A DNA stretch of 64,000 nucleotides from Candidatus Kapaibacterium sp. GTDB lineage: Bacteria; Bacteroidota; Ignavibacteria; Kapaibacteriales; UBA2268. Shown here piece by piece: positions 29,350-39,629 of the stretch. Every line of letters begins with the position of its first letter. Within the stretch, counting starts at the first letter, position 1. The stretch is from contig JAPLFL010000048.1 in NCBI GenBank assembly GCA_026390695.1, positions 339 to 64,338 of the forward strand, written 5' to 3'. The notes below the pieces were generated by a model. That model was given only the letters and a program-made list of their open reading frames with translations, was not told the origin of the DNA and did not search any database. The position numbers and the translations under genes are program-made.

Positions 29350-31582
29350 ATGAATATGGCTAAGGCAAAACCTGAAACTTCAAAAAAAATAATCAATAAA
29401 AAATCTGAACCTAAGAATCAGCCATCAAAGCTTTCTCCTGCAATTAAAGCTAACCCAGTTAGTAATGCAAAAAAATCTTTAGATTCTAAAATACAGCCAA
29501 AATCAAAGATAATGGCTAATCCTGTAAAAGCAGCTCCTGGCAAGGCAGAAGTCAAACCCGCTCCTAAGAAAATTGAAGCACCAAAGCCAAAAGCTATAAC
29601 CAAAGCAGCACCAGCAAAACCTGCTCCTAAAAAAATTGAACTACCAAAAGCAAAAGTCGTTACCAAAGCAGCACCAGCAAAACCCGCACCTAAGAAAATA
29701 GAAGCACCAAAGCCAAAAGCCGTTACCAAAGCAGCACCCGCAAAACCTGCTCCTAAAAAAATAGAAGCACCAAAAGCAAAAGCTGTAATCAAAGCAGCAC
29801 CAGCAAAACCTGCTCCTAAGAAAATAGAAGCACTAAAAGCAAAAGCTGTAACCAAAGCCGCACCAGCAAAACCTGCTCCTAAAAAAATAGAAGCACCAAA
29901 GTCAAAAGCTGTAATCAAAGCAGTACCAGCAAAACCTGCTCCTAAAAAAATAGAAGCACCAAAGTCAAAAGCTGTAATCAAAGCCGCACCAGCAAAACCT
30001 GCTCCTAAAAAAATAGAAGCACCAAAGTCAAAAGCTGTAATCAAAGCCGCACCAGCAAAACCTGCTTCCTAAGAAAATTGAAGCACCAAAAGCAAAAGTC
30101 GTTACCAAAGCCGCACCAGCAAAACCTGCTCCTAAGAAAATTGAAGCACCAAAAGCAAAAGTCGTTACCAAAGCGGCTCCTGCAAAACCTGCACCTAAGA
30201 AAATTGAAGCACCAAAAGCAAAAGTCCTTACTAAAGCCGCACCAGCAAAACCTGCACCTAAGAAAATTGAAATCTCAACCGCGAAGTCAGCTCCTACACC
30301 CGCAAATGGGAAAACAGCTCCAGTGGCAAAAGATAAGCCATCTGAAAAAAATATTATCACCAATTCAAGCAGTAAAGCAGTTGCTAAACCCGTTGCGACA
30401 ACAACCGTCACAAAAAAAGTAGAAGCTACAAAACCGGTTTTAAAGAAAGAAGATCCTGTTAAATCAATTAAAAAAGAAGTTGAAGAAACTATTGTTAAAA
30501 GTAGTTCAAAGCAGGCATCATCAAAATTACCCATAGAAGAAAAGAAAAGTAACGCAAACTCGGTCGATAAAAAGAAAGATGTAATTGAAAATAATAAATC
30601 AAAAAGCAAAGAAAATTTAAAAGATAAATCTGTAAAAGCTGCTGCCATTGAGATGATAGCGGAAAGCCCCGCTGTTAATAACAATGAGATTATGGAAATT
30701 AAAGAAAAAAAATTGAATGTTGTTATTGAAGATTCAAAATTTGAAGAAAATTCTGATGATGGTTTTTATGAAGGGAAATCAAGAAATTATGCTAAAGGAC
30801 TTGCTAACTTGAATAAAGCAAAGTCATTTTTAACAAATTCAGAAGAGTTACCACATGATCTTGAAGCTGAAATTGATGTTGATGTAATTGATCATGATCT
30901 TCACCCCGGATTAAAAGAGGATAAAATTATCCCCGGAATGCCTGTACATGATGTTCTTGATGATTATATCGGAGATTATGATATTGACGAGGTTGAAGTA
31001 GTTAAGAAAAAAAGAGGCAGAAAGCCAAAGCAAACTGAACACCATAAACCGAGAGTAATTTTCCAAACTAAAGAAATTAAATCTCCAATTATTAAAAAAG
31101 AAGTTATCTCTGAAGAATCCAGTTTAAGTAAAAAAATGATTGCTCCTCCGGTTAGGCCAATTGTAAGTATCAGATATTCGGATAAAGAACTTGCAGAATT
31201 TAAAATTATTATCACCGAATCCCGTAAAGAGGCTCTTGATGAACTTAGAATGCTTAAGGAAAGACTCGAAGACTTAACGAATTTTGATTTTGCCGAAGAA
31301 AGCATGATTTATTCTATGCACATGGCAGAACAAGGTTCAGAAGCACTTGAACAAGAGAAAACTTATGCTCATATTCAAAGAATAAATGAGTATTTGAAAA
31401 AATTAGACGAAGCCTTGCAAAGAATAACGGAAAAAACTTATGGTATATGCCGCGTCTGTGGTTGTTTGATAGCTAAAGAAAGGCTTATAGCCGTTCCTAT
31501 CACTACATTATCGGCTTCTTATAAAATACATCAGAAATGCCCCGAAGATGGTATAGATATGATTGAACCTGTCAGCAGATAA
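29350..31582 (+). CDS. TraR/DksA family RNA polymerase-binding factor with long Lys/Ala/Pro-rich repeat N-terminus; frameshifted (+1 T at 30066/30067)
   Basis: ORFs 29350-30072 and 30323-31582 join into one 743-aa frame if the extra T is removed. C-terminus RYSDKELAEF...HMAEQGSE...ALQRITEKTYGICRVCG..IAKERL.AVP..TLS; located between ileS and lspA. Confidence 0.85.
29555..30272 (+). repeat. 63-bp coding tandem repeat, about 12 copies (AAPAKPAPKKIEAPKAKAVTK)
   Basis: Period 63 bp (for example gcaccagcaaaa at 29608 and 29671); 12 PAPKKIE units counted. Confidence 0.95.
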
Positions 31583-31605
31583 GTTTATAAATTAAAATAA
31601 ATAAT

Positions 31606-32280
31606 ATGGAAATAGAGAAAAAGAATCATAAAGTTGCTATTTATTTTTGGATAGCATCACTTTTTATTATTTTGGATCAAGTGACAAAGTTATGGATCAA
31701 AGGATTTGTAATATTCGGATTTGAACATCATGGATTAAGATTTTCAGAACAGTTGCCAATTATCGGTGCTACATTGCAATTTATTCATGTAGAAAATGCC
31801 GGAGGGCCATTTGGAATCCAATTTGGTGTCGCAAAAATATTCTTGTCATTATTTTCAGTCTTTGCCAGTATAGCTCTTGCTTGGTATCTAATCAAGATCA
31901 AGGAATATTCTTTATGGATTAAAATAGGAGTAGCTTTGATTTTTGCAGGTGCAGTCGGAAATCTGATTGACCGTGTTTTTTACGGAGTATTTTTTAATGA
32001 AGGTGCATTATTTTATGGGAAAGTAGTGGATTTTATACAGGTTGATATCCCTGACGTAGAGCTATTCGGCATGAAGTATGAATCCTACCCGATTTTTAAT
32101 ATTGCGGACAGTCTTGTAACTATTGGTGTTGCATTACTAATAATTTTTAATAATAAAATCCCTTCTTTTGATTTATTACTTAAAAAACAAAAACCGGAGA
32201 TAGTTCCTTTTGAACCTGTACCAGCACAGAAAGATGAAATCAAAGAAAACACTATTAGTCCCACAGGAACTGTCAATTAA
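31606..32280 (+). CDS. lspA: Lipoprotein signal peptidase
   Basis: DQVTK, GAVGNLIDR, VVDFI, IFNIAD. Confidence 0.95.
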   Translation: MEIEKKNHKVAIYFWIASLFIILDQVTKLWIKGFVIFGFEHHGLRFSEQLPIIGATLQFIHVENAGGPFGIQFGVAKIFLSLFSVFASIALAWYLIKIKEYSLWIKIGVALIFAGAVGNLIDRVFYGVFFNEGALFYGKVVDFIQVDIPDVELFGMKYESYPIFNIADSLVTIGVALLIIFNNKIPSFDLLLKKQKPEIVPFEPVPAQKDEIKENTISPTGTVN

Positions 32281-33358
32281 AACCCAAGATATTGATAAAA
32301 GTAATTATCCCGAATACATTGAAAAAATATTCGAATTCAAGATACCTGCAGGACAACAACCTGAGCGTATTGATAAATATCTGACGCGTTCAGTCGTAAA
32401 TGCAACCCGCAATCGGGTTCAAAAAGCCATAGATGAAGATCAAGTTACAATTAATGGTAAAGTCGCAAAGCCGAGTAAAAAAATTTTACCAAATGATCTT
32501 ATTATATGTAAGATCCTGAAATCTCCGCCCATAAGCCTTATTCCAGAAAATATTCCGCTTAATATAATTTATGAAGATGAATCCATCATTGTAATAAACA
32601 AACAAGCTGGCTTGGTAACGCATCCGGCTCCCGGGAACCGCTATGGCACTCTCGTAAATGCCGTTTTATATCATATTGGGCTGCGTGAGGCTATAAATCT
32701 TGAATTTGACGAAGATGACGAGCCTGACGAGAGCTTGATATTCTCATCAGATGAGATTAGGCCGGGAATCGTACACCGTCTTGATAAAGATACATCAGGA
32801 TTACTTGTTGTATCGAAAAATCCCGTAGCTCATGCAAAACTATCCAAACAGTTTGCAGACAGAACAGTAAAGAAAAAGTATTATGCCTTGGTTTGGGGCA
32901 ATCCAAAGCAAAGCAAAGGCAGGATAATTGCAGATATCGGTCGTTCCAGCAGAGACCGAAAGCTATTTACTGTTCTTAAAAAGGGAGGAAAATTTGCAGA
33001 TACAGAATATAAAGTCATCGAATCGTTTGAATACTTTTCTCTGTTAGAAATTTTGTTGCATACCGGAAGAACACATCAGATACGTGTCCATCTGAGCCAT
33101 GAATCAATGCCCATTGTTGGAGACACTTTTTACGGCGGGAATTCTTTGGTTTATGGCGGCAATAATCCCCAATTTCGAATAATCGGCGAAAAAGTTCTAA
33201 AGCTTGCTGCAAGGCAGATGCTACACGCCAAAACTTTAAGTTTGCATCATCCCGTAAGTGGTCAGGAACTTACTTTTGATTCAAATATTCCTGAAGATAT
33301 GCAGATAATTATCGATTATCTCAGGATCATATCATCGACCCAAAACTCAGACCTTTGA
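32234..33358 (+). CDS. rluD: RluA/RluD family pseudouridine synthase with S4 domain
   Basis: RIDKYL, NKQAGLVTHP, RPGIVHRLDKDTSG, TGRTHQIRVH, RQMLHA. Confidence 0.9.
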   Translation: MKSKKTLLVPQELSIKTQDIDKSNYPEYIEKIFEFKIPAGQQPERIDKYLTRSVVNATRNRVQKAIDEDQVTINGKVAKPSKKILPNDLIICKILKSPPISLIPENIPLNIIYEDESIIVINKQAGLVTHPAPGNRYGTLVNAVLYHIGLREAINLEFDEDDEPDESLIFSSDEIRPGIVHRLDKDTSGLLVVSKNPVAHAKLSKQFADRTVKKKYYALVWGNPKQSKGRIIADIGRSSRDRKLFTVLKKGGKFADTEYKVIESFEYFSLLEILLHTGRTHQIRVHLSHESMPIVGDTFYGGNSLVYGGNNPQFRIIGEKVLKLAARQMLHAKTLSLHHPVSGQELTFDSNIPEDMQIIIDYLRIISSTQNSDL

Positions 33359-33927
33359 TTATCAATAAAAGCAGAATCTTTATTCTGGCTGAGTAGCAGA
33401 AATATTCTGGCAGAATCGGCAATGGTCGAGTTTGAACTAATCGGAACAGAAATTTTTGTAAAATTATTAATCTGAATCGGGGCAAACCAAAGACCTGTGC
33501 CTACAGAATCGTTGCTCTGATATAAAGTGACTCTGATAATCATAGTATCATTTTGTAGTAATTTCCCCTTAACATAACAATCCAAATACTGTGGCAGAGA
33601 ATTAATCGGGAACTTAACAGTTGCATAAGTACCTTTGTTGCAATCGAAGGTAAATTTTGCGGAATATTTGCCATGATAAGCTATTGTATCTTGCTGAATA
33701 ATATAACATGCACACATTCTCATGCAAGGGGGACAGCTATTGGACTCCCACTTTTGAAGAAACATCAATTGATCCCATTCCTCGAAATCTCCATTTGGGA
33801 TATAAATTGATTGTGTAGCCGGATTATTAACTGTGTTTTTACAAGCCGTTGCAAAGGTAATAATTAAATAAGTCACTGCCACTGCGATTGATAAGAGTAG
33901 AGCGTATCTTAAATTTACAATTTTCAT
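33316..33927 (-). CDS. Putative lipoprotein with carbohydrate-binding-like fold
   Basis: Lipobox-like ATAC, IPNGDFEEW start and FWVDDMIL end typical of CBM-like beta-sandwich domains. Confidence 0.65.
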   Translation of the reverse strand: MKIVNLRYALLLSIAVAVTYLIITFATACKNTVNNPATQSIYIPNGDFEEWDQLMFLQKWESNSCPPCMRMCACYIIQQDTIAYHGKYSAKFTFDCNKGTYATVKFPINSLPQYLDCYVKGKLLQNDTMIIRVTLYQSNDSVGTGLWFAPIQINNFTKISVPISSNSTIADSARIFLLLSQNKDSAFIDNQRSEFWVDDMILR

Positions 33928-34007
33928 TTTTATAAATTATATATTAATAAAGTTTTCTAAATAATTAACACATTAATCGAATAAGAGTTTCAATATCAAT
34001 TACAATT

Positions 34008-34046
34008 AAAAAAAAATGCCGTCTGAGTTACTTTCAAACGGCATTT
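34008..34046 (-). terminator. Intrinsic terminator
   Basis: aaatgccgt...acggcattt hairpin with a poly-T tract on the minus strand. Confidence 0.75.
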
Positions 34047-34109
34047 ATATGAATTTAATTAAATTCAGGTCAGATTTTATGTCTGACCTGAAGAGATAAT
34101 AAGCATTAT

Positions 34110-36395
34110 TTATTTAATAACTGTGAATTTTGCGCTCTGAGACTTACCTGCAATGTTGATTCTGATAATAAATAAACCATTTGAAAGTGTACTTACATCA
34201 ATTGGTAAATAATTATTGCCAGAAATTGCATTGAAATTACCAGATAATACTGCTAATCCTAAAGCATCATAAATATTGAACTGAGCATCAGCATCTGTTC
34301 CTGTGAAATTAACATTAAGCGATGATGTTGCAGGTTGAGGATAGAAACTCATTCCAAGTGTATTTAAATTATTATCATTGACCGTTAATGTTTCGGATTT
34401 AAGGTTTACATTTAGGGATACGTTTGCTTTCATATCATAATCGGTCTCTATAGCTTGCGAAACAGCGTCATATCCGACTTTGTCGGTAATAAGAGTATAT
34501 TTCCCTGCCAGTAATTCTTCTATCGAAAAATTGCCGTTTGCATCAGAAAAATTATAATCTACTATTTCATTATTTTCGTTCATCAAATAAACTAATGCAC
34601 CTTGGACAGGAGTTATTCCCTGTGGAATATTACCCTTTTTCAGAGTAATTCCACTTTGTGTAGAAATATTTCCACCAACAAAAGCAACGCCCTTCCAGCT
34701 TTTACTCGTTCTGTGGGTTAAAGTATAAACGATCTGTGGCATTGCATCATTAACTGTAATTCTCGTAGCATCGCGCCACTTCTGGGTTACTAAGTCATTA
34801 GCTTTGTAATAACCGGGTACATATTGACGTTGTATCGGCAATGACATTACTACATAATCTCCATAAGGAAGATTTGCAAATCTGAAATTACCTTTATCAT
34901 CTGTTTGTATTGTTTGTACAAAGTTATATTTCACATTATTTGTGTTAGGAGCTGGTTTGACAAGGATTGCCATCAGTTTTGACTGGAGTGCAACACCGGA
35001 ATCGGAAATTACATTGCCGGTAAAACCGTTTGCAAGGGTATTTACAGCAGCTTTCAAGTAAAAATCTATTCCCTGAAGATCCATTTCGGGAACGATAAGA
35101 TCGGCTTCTAACGGAGATCCGACACCATCATAGTAGCATGGCTGAAGGTCAGTATTTGTTTTTTGTGCGGATGCAAATCCAACATAAATCAGATTATCCG
35201 GTAAGGCTATTGAATATTTACCTAATTGATCAGTTGCGCAGGTATAAGTCCGAACATTCGGATCTGTGGTTGATTTATTATTAATCATGTCATAAGGTGT
35301 GAACTGAACCATTGCTCCCATAACAGGTGAAGAATCCTTTGCTCGTGCGACAAGGCCGGAAACAGTATGAGTGGTAGGAGGAATAAGCGGTGTGAGTGTA
35401 GTTTTCAGCATCACTGTATCATTGCACTTAATAGTAATCTGTTTTGCAAGTTTAAAATCTCCGGTATTATCATAGTAAACTGCCTGAAAGTTGGGAGCTT
35501 CCAATTTCAGGATATATACACCTTCTAAGACCATTGCATCAAAAATACCGTTAATAATTTTTGCTTGTACAGGCTGACCGCTATTAAGCATTGGGACGAT
35601 TGATACAATCCCGCCATTGATAGGAGTATTCGGATCTTTCTGGTTATAAACATTACCATGAATCCATGCGCAAGGCATTCTCTGGTTACTGTTACCAACA
35701 ATGACTGGGATCTGAATATCATTACGGAGTGTAGAATCACAGCCTTTTAATGAAACCGAACCGTTTAACATGAACTTTCCGTTTTGTGAAGCAGACATAG
35801 TTACAACGCCTTTATTAGGATCGAAAGTCATTTTGCCTGGCATATCTGTTTTGAAATTATAAACTATCGGGCAATTGGTATTGCTTTCAGCCGGTAATTG
35901 AATAGTAAAAGTTTGACCAAGTGCTATATTGATTTCCGGGGGGAATTTTACAAAGCGAACATAATATTGAATAGGAGCCTCGTACTTTACTTCAATCGTA
36001 AAAAATTGTGAGGGATCACTCTCAATATATGGCTGGAAATTAAACCATGCAGCTGTCATGTAGAAAGAATAGACTCCTACTTTCAGATTTTGGAAACTAT
36101 AAGAATAATCAGTCTGACCGGGCATCATTTTTAACATTTGAGCCTGCTTGAAATTTTTAGGATCCCTTGTATCGCCATTTGCCATATAAATTATGAAAAC
36201 TGTTGATTTAGACGAATCCCATTGATAAGACCACTTATTGACAACAATATCCGTTGGTGGCATTGTTTTTTGAGTCACAACCGTTACGTTATATGGAGAC
36301 GGTGGTTGGGGCTTCTGAGCAAACATTGAGCTTGTGAACAAAACTAAAAGTATAGCTAATGACAAGACTTTCAGCGGATTTTTAAACGATTTCAT
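34110..36395 (-). CDS. T9SS type A sorting domain protein with carboxypeptidase-regulatory-like repeats
   Basis: Signal peptide; repeated TDxxGxY/F..LP..Y modules; C-terminal FYPQPA...GLFIIRI...KFTVIK. Confidence 0.85.
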   Translation of the reverse strand: MKSFKNPLKVLSLAILLVLFTSSMFAQKPQPPSPYNVTVVTQKTMPPTDIVVNKWSYQWDSSKSTVFIIYMANGDTRDPKNFKQAQMLKMMPGQTDYSYSFQNLKVGVYSFYMTAAWFNFQPYIESDPSQFFTIEVKYEAPIQYYVRFVKFPPEINIALGQTFTIQLPAESNTNCPIVYNFKTDMPGKMTFDPNKGVVTMSASQNGKFMLNGSVSLKGCDSTLRNDIQIPVIVGNSNQRMPCAWIHGNVYNQKDPNTPINGGIVSIVPMLNSGQPVQAKIINGIFDAMVLEGVYILKLEAPNFQAVYYDNTGDFKLAKQITIKCNDTVMLKTTLTPLIPPTTHTVSGLVARAKDSSPVMGAMVQFTPYDMINNKSTTDPNVRTYTCATDQLGKYSIALPDNLIYVGFASAQKTNTDLQPCYYDGVGSPLEADLIVPEMDLQGIDFYLKAAVNTLANGFTGNVISDSGVALQSKLMAILVKPAPNTNNVKYNFVQTIQTDDKGNFRFANLPYGDYVVMSLPIQRQYVPGYYKANDLVTQKWRDATRITVNDAMPQIVYTLTHRTSKSWKGVAFVGGNISTQSGITLKKGNIPQGITPVQGALVYLMNENNEIVDYNFSDANGNFSIEELLAGKYTLITDKVGYDAVSQAIETDYDMKANVSLNVNLKSETLTVNDNNLNTLGMSFYPQPATSSLNVNFTGTDADAQFNIYDALGLAVLSGNFNAISGNNYLPIDVSTLSNGLFIIRINIAGKSQSAKFTVIK

Positions 36396-36617
36396 AATTC
36401 ACCTTTATTTAAACAAAAACATATTTCTTATTTCTTATAAAAACACATCAATTGAAATTAAGTTTCAATTATTTTTGAACTTCTTGAAGTTTTTCCTATT
36501 TTTAGATTCATATTTAAATCAATTCCATGTTAATTTAATAAATTATATTTATCAAAGAATCAATAATCTTAAAATATTAAAAAATTATACAATTTCCTAA
36601 TTACAAGAAAAAAACTT

Positions 36618-38033
36618 ATGACAAAAGAAAGCAGTTCCAAAACAAAATTCCGCGATTTCCCTACCACATATTGGCTGATTATATTATTTGAATTCTTTGA
36701 GCGTGGCGCCTACTATGGCATGAACTCGATTATTTCAATTTGCATGATCAATGAATTAGGGTTTTCAAAAATTGAAACTGCTTCGATTCGAGGGACTGTT
36801 CAGCCTTTTCTTTATTTTTTACCACTATTGACCGGTGCTATTGCAGATAGGCTTGGCTACAGGAGAATGCTTTTTATTGCTTTTTCTTTCTTGGGAACAG
36901 GGTATTTTTTGATAAGCCAAACATCTAATTACTGGGCAGTTTTTGCTTCGATGATGATAATGGGTATAGGAGCGGGTATATTCAAACCGATAATTCCAGG
37001 AACAATTTCAAAAGTTGTTGACGAGAAACATTCTTCTCTTGGTTTTGGGACATATTACTGGGCAATTAATCTGGGAGCATTCATTTTTCCATTGATCATT
37101 GTTCCTTATCTTAAAAGTATGAATTGGAGATATGTATTAATAGCCTCTGCAATCAGCACCGGAGCCATGATTATTCCAACACTTTTATTTTTTAAAGAAC
37201 CGCAAAGGGAAAAAATTGAAAATGAATCATTAATAGAAACATTTTCTGGAATTTTTAAAAAAATCATTATGGTATTCCTCGATTGGCGATTTATGCTGTT
37301 CATTATAATTTATTCTTTGTTCTGGGTACTGTATTTCCAGCAGTCAGACAGTGTTTTATGGTATGTCAAGGATTTTGTGGATACCAGACCGATAGATAAT
37401 TTCATTAATGGGATTTTCGGGACTCAATGGCATTTTGATGTAGAGCATGTTACTGTAATAAATGCAGGTACTATTATAGCCCTTCAATTGATAATATCAG
37501 CAATGGTTAAAAATTTAAAAGCACTGCCCACGATGATTATCGGAGTAGCCACAGCAACAGTCGGAATGGCTATCTTGGCTTTATCATCAAATATTTGGAT
37601 ATTTATAGCAGGAATGTTTATTTTTTCAATCGGGGAAATGACTGCTCATCCCAAATACTTCGCATATCTCGGTATGATAGCTCCTGAAGATAAAAAGGCA
37701 ACTTATACCGGTTTCGGATTTTTATATGGTTTCTTTGGAGCATCAGTCGGTAGTTTTTTGGGTGCCAAGCTTTATGTTACATTTGTAGATAATCCAATGT
37801 ATAAATTTATCGGTACAAAATTAAGCCTAATCAATCCGGCAAGCTATCTTCCAAGTACCGCTACCATAGCTGAAGCTTTGAAAATAGCAGAGAAAGCCGG
37901 GATAAGCAGATCAGAAATTGCAGCGTCTGCCTCAACAAGGGAGTTATGGCTTATTTTCTCAGCAATTGGTTTAATTTCGGTAATCGGATTAGCTTTGTAC
38001 GGGAAATATATAGGGGAACATAAAAAAGGATAG
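36618..38033 (+). CDS. MFS transporter, POT/peptide-like
   Basis: EFFERGAYYG (ExxER), GAIADRLGYRR, YYWAINLGA, SIGEM. Confidence 0.88.
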   Translation: MTKESSSKTKFRDFPTTYWLIILFEFFERGAYYGMNSIISICMINELGFSKIETASIRGTVQPFLYFLPLLTGAIADRLGYRRMLFIAFSFLGTGYFLISQTSNYWAVFASMMIMGIGAGIFKPIIPGTISKVVDEKHSSLGFGTYYWAINLGAFIFPLIIVPYLKSMNWRYVLIASAISTGAMIIPTLLFFKEPQREKIENESLIETFSGIFKKIIMVFLDWRFMLFIIIYSLFWVLYFQQSDSVLWYVKDFVDTRPIDNFINGIFGTQWHFDVEHVTVINAGTIIALQLIISAMVKNLKALPTMIIGVATATVGMAILALSSNIWIFIAGMFIFSIGEMTAHPKYFAYLGMIAPEDKKATYTGFGFLYGFFGASVGSFLGAKLYVTFVDNPMYKFIGTKLSLINPASYLPSTATIAEALKIAEKAGISRSEIAASASTRELWLIFSAIGLISVIGLALYGKYIGEHKKG

Positions 38034-38039
38034 GTCGGA

Positions 38040-38636
38040 TTATAAACGTGAATTTGTTTTTAGACCACGCCCTTGCTTCGTTATTCGGCCTTGTTTTATT
38101 AGAATTTCTAAAATTGCATCAAGAACACCATTAATGAAGACACTACTTTTTTCCGTTGAATATTTCTTTGCAATGTCAATAGCCTCATTGATAGTTACTT
38201 TCGAAGGAATTTCGGGAAAATTTATAAATTCCGCTACAGACATCAAAATCAGGATATGGTCAACAGTGGCTATTCTCTCCAATTCCCAGTTTCTTACAGC
38301 TATATCAATACACTCATCAACTATTTTCTTTGATTCGAGAGCACAAACAATTAGTTTTTCAGCAAAATCAATTTCATCTTGTTTCCAAATTATCGGAAAG
38401 TCGGCTTCTACTTCAGTAACTTCAGCAGGAGTCAATATTCTGGTAGAAGTAGAGGCTTCTTCATCTTCTACATTAAAAACCCGGTAAAATATATGAGGGA
38501 ATAGTATTTCTGACGGTGTATCGGAAACAACGAGTGCGGTAAGGATTTGAAGGACTTTTTCCCTAACTAAGCGTCTATTGCCTTTAATAGATTTTTTTTG
38601 GCTTAGAGGGAATAAATCTGCGTTTAAATCAGTCAT
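38040..38636 (-). CDS. nusB: Transcription antitermination factor NusB
   Basis: RRLVRE, NWELERIA, VTINEAIDIAKKYS, FINGVLD. Confidence 0.95.
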   Translation of the reverse strand: MTDLNADLFPLSQKKSIKGNRRLVREKVLQILTALVVSDTPSEILFPHIFYRVFNVEDEEASTSTRILTPAEVTEVEADFPIIWKQDEIDFAEKLIVCALESKKIVDECIDIAVRNWELERIATVDHILILMSVAEFINFPEIPSKVTINEAIDIAKKYSTEKSSVFINGVLDAILEILIKQGRITKQGRGLKTNSRL

Positions 38637-38699
38637 ATTGTAAAGAACTTATTGCGTAAAAAAAGCTGAGAAATACAATTTTGAAATAATAACTTTAAA

Positions 38700-39035
38700 T
38701 TAGTTTTCTTCCTCTTCAGAGGATTTTGGAAATTCAAAATGTAATTTATCATCATACATCTCTTTCATAGCAAGAAATGTAGGCTTTGGAATTTTATCAA
38801 ATTCTCGGCTTATTGAAATCTGATCATAGTTCACAGCTTCAGACTCATCAGTAGATAAGATTAAATCTCCAAGTCTGTCGTCAATTTCAGCTTTAATTTG
38901 ATCGTTAATTTGACGAGAGCGCATTCCCATTGCAACGATTGACTGATAAATACTCCCCCGTGCAGATTCTTGCATACGAACTTTGATAGGATTTACAATA
39001 TATTTTTCCATTAAAATTTCATTTTTGTTGAACAT
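38700..39035 (-). CDS. rpoZ: DNA-directed RNA polymerase omega subunit (Bacteroidota type)
   Basis: GSIYQSIV.MG.RSRQIN...QISISREFDKIPKPT..AM.E. Confidence 0.8.
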   Translation of the reverse strand: MFNKNEILMEKYIVNPIKVRMQESARGSIYQSIVAMGMRSRQINDQIKAEIDDRLGDLILSTDESEAVNYDQISISREFDKIPKPTFLAMKEMYDDKLHFEFPKSSEEEEN

Positions 39036-39122
39036 AAGTTAGCAAATTTAAATAATTTTCTTTAATATTGCAAACTGGAATAGGACGTTTTTGTAAAAAG
39101 ATAAAAATATTTATTTTATTCT

Positions 39123-39536
39123 ATGAGGAAATTATATTATTCGATAAGTGAGATCAGCGATCTGGTGAGCGAAGAGCAGCATATTCTCAGATATTGGGAA
39201 AAGGAATTTTCTGTTTTATCTCCAAAAAAGAATCGCGCTGGAAATAGAATTTATTCTCCAAAGGATCTTTTCATAATTCAAACTATCAAAAAGTTTCTCC
39301 GTTCCGATATGCTTTCTTTGAAGGCTACTAAAGAGAGAATTGATAAGTTGGAATTAAATTTAATCGAAAATGATCGAAAAACGATTAATATCAAAGATAA
39401 CTTAAATGAGAATATAAGCAAAGAAATTAATGAGCCAATTAATCTTACAGAAACTCAAATTAAAATCTCTCACAGCGACCTAAGCGAACTTGCTCAGGTT
39501 CTGAAGGAAATTTATCATTCGTTAGAAGATTTGTAA
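39123..39536 (+). CDS. MerR family transcriptional regulator
   Basis: KLYYSISE...HILRYWEKEF..LSPKKNRAGNRIY. Confidence 0.92.
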   Translation: MRKLYYSISEISDLVSEEQHILRYWEKEFSVLSPKKNRAGNRIYSPKDLFIIQTIKKFLRSDMLSLKATKERIDKLELNLIENDRKTINIKDNLNENISKEINEPINLTETQIKISHSDLSELAQVLKEIYHSLEDL

Positions 39537-39629
39537 ATTAAGCTATTTTATTATATTTTACACAAAAAATTACATATTTTCGTCATAAAAAGAAGTTTGT
39601 ATTATATTTAGTTAAAAACGGAGAATTCT

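Noticed and set aside
29418..30684. Hydrophobic antisense ORFs (208 and 218 aa) and the 114-aa ORF at 30078
   Set aside because: Antisense or alternate-frame shadows of the 63-bp repeat.
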